Part shown: positions 11,456-23,186 of the stretch, piece after piece
How positions within the stretch are numbered: position 1 is the first letter of the stretch
Layout: every line of letters begins with the position of its first letter
DNA from: Setoptus koraiensis
Taxonomy: Eukaryota > Animalia > Arthropoda
Length of the DNA stretch: 64,000 nucleotides
Direction of reading: 5' to 3'
Assembly (NCBI GenBank): GCA_048013815.1
Contig: CM106585.1
Location: 2,046,001-2,110,000 of the forward strand
Translations under genes and position numbers: made by a program
The notes under the pieces: model-generated
Told to the model about the DNA's origin: nothing
Databases searched by the model: none
What the model saw: only the letters and a program-made list of their open reading frames with translations

Positions 11456-13604
11456 TTACAAAAGCTTAAAACAAAAACAGTTCGCCGTTCTGTAGGCCTG
11501 TCAAGATTTGATAGCTTCCATAAATATAATTGCCGCTAGCGTCTTGTAAGTTATAAATGTCTGCGGAGTAGGAAGTCTTAGTTAGTGCGTCTGCAGTGAG
11601 CCACTTGTTTCCAATAAATACCTTAGCCGCTTATGAAGCGAATGAAGCGTAAAACTGCCACAATTATGCAACAGTTTTCAGGATTACGATATATGAAGGG
11701 TTGAGATCAACTTTGCATATGAGCAGCGATTTGCATCAGTCCTTCTACTGTATGATACATATGCAAAGCTATGATTAAAGTTGCCCAAAGATATCATCCT
11801 GATCAGCGTTAGCAACATGACGGTCATCATGGGACGTCTCCTTAGAATGTATATCAGAAGAAGAAGATATATGTTTCCATATGTTTCCTGACTGCTGACA
11901 CAAGCTGTTGAAACACCCATCGGGAAACAAAGAACAACGCACAATCGAATCACGAATTTGAGGCAAAGCTTCAAAACAAAGAACAACAACAATTAAGTGT
12001 TGTTAGGGTGGCGAACAATGTTGTTATACAATGTAGTTAGCTTGTTATACAACCAACAGCTTGTTACCGAATGAAAATTTTATAAGAGGGCGAATTGTTT
12101 AGAGGGGTGCGATAACCCATAAAGTTATAAATACAATTTTGTGCCCACTGACTACTTGATAACTATATCAAATGGTAAGAATGTGATAGGTAAATTTAAT
12201 TCAAAGTTCAGTCACCGCTGGCGATGAGTTTGTACGATGCAATAGGTAAATGTTACAATTGATTCTTTGTTTTTGACACATCAAACAAACGAGCAACACC
12301 AACTGACTATGCAACGATACGCAACAACCAAAGGCAACAACCACCACTAATGACCGAGCTCGGTTATGGCTGCAATAAACAGACACGAGTCGAGACTCTT
12401 TATTACCTATTAGCAGTATCATTCATTAGTTAAGTTTAGTTGAAACAAAGTACAGAAATTTACTGCCACCACTATGATGATTTGTTGAAAAAGATTAGCA
12501 ACGGCAAGATGCTCGAGATGCTGCTGTGATGATGTTACGTATTGCATTTGCATACCACGAATTTAAATTATGATACGTGGGCTAACTAAATATATTACTA
12601 TCTAATAACGTAATATACATAAGCATGTATAACATACCATACATAACACAGGTAACTTGTAGCGGCGTCACTTGAGCGCATCGGCGTAAACGTTTTGCTC
12701 GCTAATAATAATAATAATAGTAATGATAATGATAATCACTACTGACATTGGATTAATGATTGGAGGAGGAGCTCCGGTGGTAACTAGCGATAGCCAGTGT
12801 CATGTTGCGCTGCATTTACATTACGTAACAACCAGAAGTTTAGCTTGATTTTGCCTGGCACTGTGTATAATGTGTAGGCAATTCTTGCTGGCTATTTTGC
12901 TTGCATCTTGAATCATATTAGCAACATTACAACAACAATGGATAAGCTTGCCGTGAATTCAAGTTCAAAACGAACAAAAATATGAGCGAATTTCATTAAC
13001 GATGAGCCTGAGACAACGGTTACCGGACGGTTGTATAACAGCATACTTCTGGTCAAGCTTTGACCTCTGACAGAGAACTCTACGAATACTAATTCTGACT
13101 CGGCATGACTGTCATACACTTGAGAAGAAGGTGGCCTCCTCCTCCGCCTCCTTCTTCATGCTTGTTAGTGGCTGCAATTATCAAGTGTACAATTTTAAAC
13201 TGAACAAATAAAGCTTAGCATACCACAGGTAGCTTATACAGGTTGCTATAAAAAGACCAACAATTTTCAAGGTGAGAATCAAATTTGTTTGCGTTATTTG
13301 CAACGACACTGCAACCGACGACAAACTAATAAACTTTTGCAAACTTTTTGCATGTGAATATAATCTAAAAAAGTTCTGTGATCAGTTAGTGATGCAATAG
13401 CAAGCGGTGTCAGTTGATATTAGCTATTAGTAGTGATTGAAAATAGTGATTAAACAAGAGCAAAAACAATCAATTTAGAGCGCGTACAACCCGTCAGTCA
13501 GCATGAATTCGAATCTAATTTGATTCAACAAACATTTGATCATCATCTTAACAATCAAATAGATAATCAATTGATAGATAAGAGCACAAGCAACACACAC
13601 AGAT

Positions 13605-16600
13605 ATGATGAAATCACAATATTGTAAAAAATTGCCAAAGAGAGAGAAGTTCATAGTGAGGCCCTACTCATGGCGATACATTTTATTTGCGGCAGTTCTC
13701 GCTTTAATCTCAACCTTTGTTCTTTTTATCATTGGATCCATGAGAACAGTCGAGGCATCCGCAAGCAAACAACACAATCCCAACTATGCAACAAGAAATA
13801 TTGAGCAGTTTCAATCGTCACGTCAACCACGCAAACAGATGACCGGAAAAAGTCACTCGAGACGACTGGAAAATTCTTATTATGATGCAAGCACAAATGA
13901 CGATTATACTGACAATTACAGAAGTCACCTTTCAGCGAATCGTCGCCAAAGTTCGTGGTATAATCAACAAAAAGGAGCCATAAAACAGAGGTCAAACAGT
14001 GGCAATGTTTCAGGAACTAAAAGAAGATCACCAGCAGCGCAAACTAGACAACGATCGTCATCAACCAAGACATCGCCACCGAACAAGTCACATTTCAGCC
14101 CAATCGACGGATCCGCGCCAGACAGCAACACCACTTTGATATCTCGGGCAGTGGTCAAGCCAAGACAGAAGACAGGTAAGTGCGCCGACGCCAACGATTT
14201 ACTCCCACCCAGTTAGAAAGAATATGCCCACGACAGCTCCGCTTGCTCAATACACAACTTGAGACTTTGCACATATCCAATTAATATATATGGATATTAA
14301 TTAATTATTCTTCTGCTTGTGGCCACTGAACAAAATTAATCATTGCAGAACATGGAAAAAAACTTGTTTGCTACTACGGAACATGGGCAGTATATCGGCC
14401 AGACGCAGGCCGATATCCAGTGGAAAACATAGATCCATTTCTTTGCACTCACATCATCTATGGGTAAGTTGTTATTATCATTGTTTCTTATAATTTTCAG
14501 AAAGTGCCCACTTCAATAGCTCGGTTGGCAAGTTTTGTTGCCGTCGCAGGGACTCCAATTGCATATATTGCATTGAAATCAGGGTTGCCCACTTGCTGCC
14601 AATTTGCGGTAAATTGACGGCAAGTGGCACTTGATTCTTTCACAATTATTCTTTGCATATTTGGCAATGCTCATTGTCATTGATATTGCACAACATGATA
14701 CGGCCACTCAATTGGTAGTGCTGTAACATATCGCTCCATGATACGACCAAGAGAAAACTGATCGAGAACTATTATTTCGTCAATGAACTAATACAATGCA
14801 ACACAACAGATTTACAGGGCTCAGCTATGATGGCTTGATAAAGCCTCTTGACCCTTGGAATGACTTGGAGGACAATTACGGCAAAGGAGCAATGAAAAGA
14901 TTTACAAACTTGAAAAAGATCAATCCAGAACTTAAGACTCTTGTCGCTATTGGAGGTAAATACATGCACGCATAGTGTTGCTTAATTAATGATGAAGGTC
15001 AATTAGTTGTAATCTTAACTCTCGCAAATATTTTCTGTCGCTTTTTGCTGTTTGCAATATTTTCGATAGGCTGGAATGAGGGTAGCACAAAGTACTCCAA
15101 TATGGCCATGGATCCCGAGAAGAGGATAAGATTCGCTCAAAGTGTTGTGGAATTCCTTAAAAAATACAACTTTGACGGCTTAGACCTCGATTGGGAGTAT
15201 CCTGGATCTCGCGGTGGAAAATCTTTTGACAAGCAAAACTTTGTGTCGTTATTGCGCGATTTGAAAAATGCCTTCAGGGAAGACGATTTCCTGTTGACTG
15301 CAGCAGTGTCGGCAGGCAAATGGTTTATCGACCCCGCTTACGACATACCCCAAGTGTCCAGGTGAGTACAGTTTAGCTGGCCTTTTTTTATTACTTCATT
15401 CTATTCTAAGCGCTTCTTTATGACTAAACTGATCAACCAAAACTGAATTATCGTTTCCGTCAATTATCAGATATCTCGATATCATAAATCTCATGACTTA
15501 TGACTATCACGGCGGATGGGAAAGCAAAACCGGAATGAACGCTCCATTATACCCGTCGCCTGTGCACGACAAAACAAAGGAGGACAGAATGTTGAATGTT
15601 AATTTCTCCGTGAATTATTGGATTGACAACGGTGCATCACCGGCGCAAATTGTGCTGGGTGTTGGCTCGTACGGTAGGTCATTCACACTGGATAGAAGCA
15701 ATCAGAATGGCATAAATGCACCCGCCAGCCAAAAGGGTCAAGCGGGCCCGTATACTCGAGAGCCAGGCTCGTTGGGTTACAATGAGATTTGTGAATCGTT
15801 TCAAAGACACCCGAACTCTTGGACTGTGGTGCGCGATCCTCATTACTTGGCACCCTATGCCTACAACGAGCGACAATGGGTCGGCTACGACGACATGGAA
15901 AGTCTGAAAGTGAAAACGCAATACGCAAAATCAATGGCATTGGGAGGCATGATGATGTGGTCAATTGAAACGGACGATTTTCATGGCAAATGTCATGACG
16001 AGAAATATCCTCTGCTCAATACCATTAAAAGAGAATTAGAATCCGGTACTACAACAAAACCGACCACTGGCGCCCCCACCACAACAACCGGCAGACCAAC
16101 AGTTGCACCAGCAAAACCGACAACTTCACAGAAACCAATTACATCAGTCAAGCCAGTCAGGCCGACCTCGACAACTTTCAAGCCATCGGTCACCACCAAG
16201 CGACCCACTGCTGCCACAAGCAAACGGCCAACAACTCTTCGGCCATCTACAACTACAACAGGTAGAGAGGTCGAAGAGGACGAACGACCCAGACCCACCA
16301 GGCCGGCCCCATCAACAACAAGAAGACCGACAACCGTAACGAAGAGGCCAACAACAACAACGAGACGACCGTCAACAACTGGCAGACCAGTGGTGATAAT
16401 GCCATCAACGTCTAGCAGGCCCATCCAAGGTGGCAGTAGCCAGAAATTTACCTGTACTAGCGAAGGTATGTTTGCCGATCCGAAGAAATGTACAGTTTTC
16501 CATCGTTGCGTGCCAGGCTTCATGACAACTGCGTTCATTGATTACAGATTTGATTGTGCCCCAGGAACCGCCTTCAATGAAGAAATGCAAATATGTGACT

Positions 16601-16662
16601 TCATAGCTAATGTGGCCTCATGTACAAAAAACAACTATGTTGTATATAATGATTATATGTAG
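13605..16662 (+). CDS. GH18 chitinase with N-terminal hydrophobic segment, Thr/Pro-rich linker and C-terminal CBM14; model join(13605..14175,14349..14463,14810..14955,15070..15361,15471..16662)
   Basis: Four phase-compatible GT-AG introns join LVCYYGTWAVYRP...CTHIIYG-FTGL...KTLVAIGG-WNEGSTKYS...FDGLDLDWEYPG (intact DxxDxDxE) ...MTYDYHG...MMWSIETDDF. A T/P/R-rich linker and a 6-Cys peritrophin-A/CBM14 domain (CTSEG...C...C...CAPGTAFNEEMQIC...C) follow. Confidence 0.95.
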
Positions 16663-17644
16663 ATGCGATACAATTCACGATGCCAATAGTAATAATAATG
16701 ATGATAATTGAAGTTTTATTTCCGATGCATATAGATATATGATTATTTATTTTCAATAATTCCACAACAACAACAACAGCGACAACAACGCCATCAATAA
16801 TAATAACAATAAAAATTACAATAATAATAATGATGCTGACAGTATGTTTAACGAGACGAGAAGTGTTGCAAGTTCTATTTGGAATTCTCTGTAACCGAGA
16901 CACTGTAAAGAGTGAAGGAACAAGGACGAGCCAAACATATCCAGTGGGTTTGTATAGATTCAGATCGATTTCCACAGATGGCTCATGTATATCTGACATC
17001 GTTTGCGTCAGATCTGTTGCAGATCATGAACCACCCATTTAACTATCGGACACTCTACACTTTTACCAATGATACTGGTGTCCATTCATCCGTCTCGTTA
17101 TCTGTCATTGCATCATATATGTGTATTACAGTGTTGATAGTAGCAAAGAAAGAAAGAAAGAAAGAAGGAGAGAAAAAAAAAAACTACGAAGAAGACGTTA
17201 CCTGAAAGATAAAATAGGAAGCTTTATTCTCACAAACAATTATTAGCAGCATCAGTGAGTATCCGACTCAAGTATGCTGAAGGGACAGTTTGATATTGCC
17301 ATACTGATGTTACATTTTAGTAGTATCTCAACTTGTTAGTCAGTAGTGTCTCAGACTAACCGAACTAGTATTCTCATAGTATGGCTAGTGTCAACTGCGA
17401 GTGGCCATCTAAAATAGAGATCACTGTTGAGAGATACATAACGAACAGTAAAGGAAGATGGAGCTTAAGTGGACGGGAAGGTGGATAAAAAGTGGATAAA
17501 ATAGTATCATATATACGAGTGTCGGCCCAAACTGCCTGACACAACAGCCACGCCAATCACCAGGCCCTGTGGCACTAGTCACCTTGTTGGTTGCCGACCA
17601 CCTTCTTGAAAGCTGATGCAATTTGGACACAGATCTTGTGAGCA

Positions 17645-17689
17645 AGCCGAACCGAGCCGAACTGAATCGAATCGGATCGAACCGAAGCG
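17645..17689. repeat. Degenerate pentanucleotide tract (RRYCG-like, 9 units)
   Basis: AGCCG AACCG AGCCG AACTG AATCG AATCG GATCG AACCG AAGCG. Confidence 0.85.
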
Positions 17690-17955
17690 AACATCTTGTT
17701 ATCCATTGGATTCCACAAACCTCTCGATGTGGCTCTATGTGGTACCACTTCTCATGGCTTCCCTCGGCTCACAAAAGATATACCAATAAATGTGGACGCT
17801 TTTTTATGCCATCTGCTCTATTTCTTCAGCGATTCTCTTCTATAGCAGTTCTTTTAGTTGCCCAATTTTGAATAACACAACCGACTTGTGAGCATCTGTT
17901 GATGCCTCTCGTATGTTTGACAATTTCATGTTTCTCATATTGGAACTGGGCAACA

Positions 17956-17990
17956 ATCAGTGTTGGAAACACGTAAGATCCAACACTGAT
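17956..17990. repeat. 12-bp inverted repeat with 11-nt loop
   Basis: ATCAGTGTTGGA / TCCAACACTGAT are exact reverse complements. Confidence 0.85.
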
Positions 17991-19132
17991 GGCTAACTAG
18001 ACCGGATTGAACAGCATTATAGCGTAGCAAAACACAACGAAAAAATTGATAGTTTTTCCCAGATTTATTGTTAGTTTTCCCTGTGGCTAGAGCACATTGT
18101 CTTGTCGCCCCTCTAATAGGCCGAACTAACTTTTTGTATCTTTCTTTGCCTGTCTAGTAGATATCGATTCACATTGAGCCAATTTGTATCAAACTATAGT
18201 GACTGTGTGCAATTCTTTAAAAGAATAACCTTATATCCTACCTATGTTTTGGCTCGGATAAAAGAACCACCAGCAAGTATTCTATTGCTCACTGTAGCTA
18301 TTGTGGATAGAAACAAGTCGTAACAGCGATCAAACCATTGTAAATTTGAGATTATCTGAGATGGCACAAACAGCCATATAGTACAAACGCCATCATGTGA
18401 TTCGATCATGCCAGATGGTAGACTTGAAATCTGAAGCTATCAAACACACTAGCAGATACTTACAAGGAATATGTCTTTTTTATCCGTCTCACCAATGATA
18501 CTCGCATATAATATATGTGCACATCTCTTCATATGTGTTTGATATACATTTATTTATTCATTAATACATATATATATTTATATATAAATAAATATATCTA
18601 TGTATATATGAAGCGCAATGTTATTGAGGGGAATATTTCTCGCATATGTCAGTCATCGACAGTGTAGCTAGTTTATCGTGGCTCACAGCGCTTTATCTGA
18701 AATATGTCTTATCCAGCTCACATCCATTCAATCTTATCAAGCTAGCGATTGGTGGGCAGCCCCAGCAGAGAGATAGATTGCACATGGAAGAATCGAGATT
18801 TGATCTCATATGATCAATTCTTAAAGTGGTTGACATAAACTGTAGACACACATAGACACTCATACACACATATGCAAATAAATATATGAAATTCATTGCA
18901 CTTGTACTTGGTATATAAATAGTCTTGTTGCGAATGGATGAGGACTACATCATATAACAAGTTGCAAGATATCTAATAGATTTAGTTGAATATATGCCAA
19001 AAAGCCAAAGCTAATGCGTTATGATAATAACTAGATACGTGTGATATAATAAATAAATATAAAAATAATGCCCATCGATAATAATATCAAATCGTCTTGA
19101 TAGGTTGTCATAGGTTTTTTGCACCTAGTTCA

Positions 19133-19178
19133 AACTATTTGCGATTATACCATTTCAATGGTATAATCGCAAATAGTT
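19133..19178. repeat. Perfect 22-bp-arm inverted repeat with 2-nt spacer
   Basis: AACTATTTGCGATTATACCATT-TC-AATGGTATAATCGCAAATAGTT; the arms are exact reverse complements. Confidence 0.97.
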
Positions 19179-19908
19179 ATATGGCATGGAGGTTACGAAC
19201 GTATATAAATACGACGAAATGAGAAAAATAATAATAAGAGTGACAAGTAGCTGATTCGCAATCGTGTCATTTTTCCAGTTATCATTACTTTTGTATTTTT
19301 ATACATGCATTTGTGTTGGTATATGTAGTAATAATAATAATTTATATTATTTTATATCTATGACAATCTCTTGTTATTAAATCTGTGGCTTTTGTTTATA
19401 GCTGCTTGTCTAGACACAAGACTAAACATAAATGAGTCTAGACAAAGTGCAAGTGAAGTTGTCCTTTACACTCTGTTCGATCAATCCACAACGACGGGCG
19501 CACTCGCCCACCAATCCATCACATATCCATTATTGCACTGATTGGTGTATCGCTTTCAAGATACGTATCGAGTCTCGTTTGTGCCGATTATGTCATCTTC
19601 TCCTACGCAAACTAACGAACATCACGTGCGATTACAATAATAACAAACGTGTCAACTTTGTTTTATAATCATTATAATTCTGCATGACAATTGTTTGCAA
19701 TTGTTACCAATTGTTAGTGCGATTACAGGCGGATGAATATCGCATGAATAATATTTGAACAATCGGCTCACAATTGTCAGCATGCCACGTTCAACTGTGT
19801 GCCAAACAACAACTTGCCCTGGACACATAACTGTAATCATCAGAGTCTAATGTGATTATACTACCGCTTCCGGTTGCCACTCGCCTCAAATAATGTATAA
19901 TCTATCGC

Positions 19909-21168
19909 GTAAACACACACACACACACGTGATTGTGGGGCCCCTTGTATTTGTTGGTGATGTGACTGGCGCATCATGTGAGCGCATAAAAGTTATATGA
20001 TATAACAACAAATAGTTGTGAGTCAACAAAACGCGCAACATGAGTCTGTGCCAACATCATCGTGTGCCGACAAAAGTTTGAGCGGACGCGACAATGAATT
20101 TGCCAACAATGAATCGAACAATCGGGCTTTCGCGCCATTCCGAGCTCATGGTTGCAGCAGCAGCGCGCTGTTCGAGTCGAACTGTTCGACGGAGGCCCGC
20201 AGTCCGCGTGAGCGAGCCATCCGAATCATTCGAACCATTCGATCAATGTGTGCGCGAGCCACCAAATGAGGAACGGACAAACAAGATGGCGCCTCCCGGT
20301 GCGCATAGACGCGGGCGTCGCATGCGGTATAAATGGCGTATATATTAGCAAGTAAAAAGTATAGATAACGATGGCATATCTATACTTTTAGTTGTGACAC
20401 GATACGACGGCGATGATGAGAGTTCGTTGCTCCAAGAGTTCGATTTTAAATGGTGCGAGCTAATCTTATATACACTTTATTACAACTGGCTGTGTTATGG
20501 CGAGATGCAACACGATAACGCAGCCACACACACACACACACACACATTATGCGAGTCGCATATCCGTTCCGGCGTGCACCGTGTGCCAGACGACGAGCCG
20601 GTTGTTGTAATATCGATATGTCAGCCGGGCCACATCAAATCAGGGTACGCACAAGCTGCGTTGATATACTACTACTAGTATATGTGAGCCGTGTAGGTAG
20701 GCCGTCGTGGAAATATCCGTGAGCAATAGCATGGATATTTGTGTGGATTCGCCGGCGTTGCAGGCCGGTGTTTGTGTACAGTGTGTAGTGGATGCAGCGC
20801 TACAGTAAGAGATTGAAAATGTATATACGACACGCACAGCGACGCCCAAAGCGCGCAACGCACACTTTGTCAGTGGATAATCAAAAAGGCCCGACAGCAT
20901 GCTGGTGGCTATTTGCAAGTGGTCGTTCGATTCCGACGATTCGCCCTGTGCGTGTGTGTGTGTGTGTGTGTGTGTTTGTGTACAACTGGCTTATAATCAC
21001 GAACAGACCGGGTGTGTGTGTGTGTGTGTGTGTGGTGCGGTGCAGTGCGGTGTGTGCGACCAAACGAGCGCCACGAACCTGGGGTAGATGTTAGAAAAAT
21101 TCTAACACGCCAGATATACGATAGATATACGGGGAATATTCGATTTGCGTCGCGTATATATGCATTTA

Positions 21169-21199
<31 letters not shown>

Positions 21200-21785
21200 A
21201 GTAATGGCATGGCCGGGAAAGAGGGGGGAGCGAATAAAGGCAAGCGCTGTTGTTGTTGCTTTTTATCGCGCGGACTTTAGTCACACACACACACACACAC
21301 ACACCATGGCATGGCGGATGGTACATATATAAGTAGGCATCGAACAAAACGCATACGTCCGCTTCTAGTCGTTCTCGTCTAAGCGCGCGGCGCTGCTGTG
21401 AACTCGCTGTGGCAACACACACACACACACATTCTATATAATACATACAGTAATACATACAGTGTAGGATGATTCTATAATTCGTCGTCATCCTTGAAGA
21501 CATGCACACACACACACCCGCCTTGTGCATGCACGACAGGCACACACACACACCGGGGTGAGACGTGTATGGTCTGCCGGGGAGCATGGCGCACAGTCTG
21601 AGCCATACACTGTATGCCATAGTCTATGGCCCATGAACTGTATGGCATACCGTCTGTGGCGCACACAGGCCAGACAGGCCGACTGGCCGACTGGCTCACC
21701 GACAGACAAAGGCAGAGAGCATCGAACGAGACAAAAAGTGGCAAATTATCACTGGTGCCGGCGCACAATTCTACGCTGCCCCCCG

Positions 21786-21816
<31 letters not shown>

Positions 21817-22033
21817 ATCCGCAACCCGACATTGTGACGGCGATAATACCGTGGGGCGACACTGGGCCTCTCTTTCGGCAAAGGTGAACTGGCCGCCGCT
21901 TTGAGTGGCGCTGACTCCCCGAATGGGCGTCGTCTGTTGTTGCCAACAGGATGAGCGTAAAAATAAAAATGGAGGGATAATCCATCCGTGAGCAGCACAA
22001 GATTATGCCCGACGACTCTGTGTGTGTGTGTGC

Positions 22034-22077
<44 letters not shown>

Positions 22078-23060
22078 GTGTGTGCGTGCGTGTGAGAGTA
22101 TAAAGTAAAGATAATAATAATAATACTGCTGGTGGTGGTGACAGTAATTGTAAGATAAAGGCGGACAGTGTCACATTGGGCCAACTTGATCGCTGGCTCG
22201 GATCATCACCGCCAGAAGTCGTTGTTGTCGGTTGCTGGCATATAGTCGGGGAGCATGTACATTTGTTAGTTGTTGCTGTTGTCGTCGTCGTTGTTGTTGT
22301 TGTTGCTGTTAGCGTGAACTAGACTAGTCGCTAGTGGCATTTCAAGAGTAATGGCTCAACTCGCACAAGGGGCAACCACCAACTATATATCGTGGGGCAG
22401 GCCAACAAGGACACAACAGCAGCAACAACAGGCTAGCTGACTCACTGAGAGAATTGTTGAGGCAGACAGGCCTGGCAACAATCAACAGCAACCACCACCA
22501 CCGACAACAACAACTGAGCCGACACTTGAGAGTATATTTTTGCCATGGATGCAGCAGTGGTTGTTGCAGCTTGTTCTATGTAGCTGCCTGGTGCTGTCGC
22601 TGAGATCACAGTGGATCATTCATCGATGATTGTCAGCCTGTCATGCAAGCGCACAACAGCGAGAGATAGGTAGGTAGGTTATAACATTTATCCACCATCT
22701 CTTTGAGATATTCACTATATAACGCACACAATTCAATGCTGTAACTCACTGCTAATGTAGGAACTGAGCCATAGATTGGATCAGATCAAATTGACTCAAG
22801 AGTCTCGAAAAAGTATATAGAACACACAACTAATACATACTATAAGGTACAAACAAGCGCACACACACACACACACACACACACTCTCATTGCTCGCACT
22901 CACACTCGCTAGCGCTCATTACAGCGATAAGTTATCGCCGATCGCCGATGAGAAACAAAAAATAACCATTTAATATATATTTATATAAAAACCAATATAT
23001 ATATCTTTATATATATATACATAGACATATATATATATACACATATCTACATACATGTCT
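19909..23060. repeat. Cluster of (CA/TG)n, (CT)n, (GTT)n and (AT)n microsatellites upstream of the homeobox gene
   Basis: More than ten dinucleotide tracts, e.g. near 20527, 20950, 21012, 21172, 21282, 21786, 22018 and 22860, in GC/CpG-richer DNA. All ORFs here are VC/HT repeat artefacts. Confidence 0.9.
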
Positions 23061-23186
23061 CACAAAAGTCAGCCAGAGAAAATATCACATCACAAGACAA
23101 CCAAATCCTAATGATATACTTACTTACCATTGAACAATCGGACACTCACTCAATTAAATACTTGTTAGATATACCAGTATCCCAAA

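Noticed and set aside
20923-20935. GTTCGATTCC (tRNA T-loop/B-box-like)
   Set aside because: The flanks do not form a cloverleaf and there is no A-box.
22100-22125. TAATACTGCTGGTGG resembling miR-8/miR-200 mature sequence
   Set aside because: It arises from a (TAA)n-(GGT)n junction, with no complementary star arm or hairpin.
20640-22184. Overlapping ORFs rich in VCVC/HTHT/SLSL
   Set aside because: They are translations of dinucleotide microsatellites and show no domain content.
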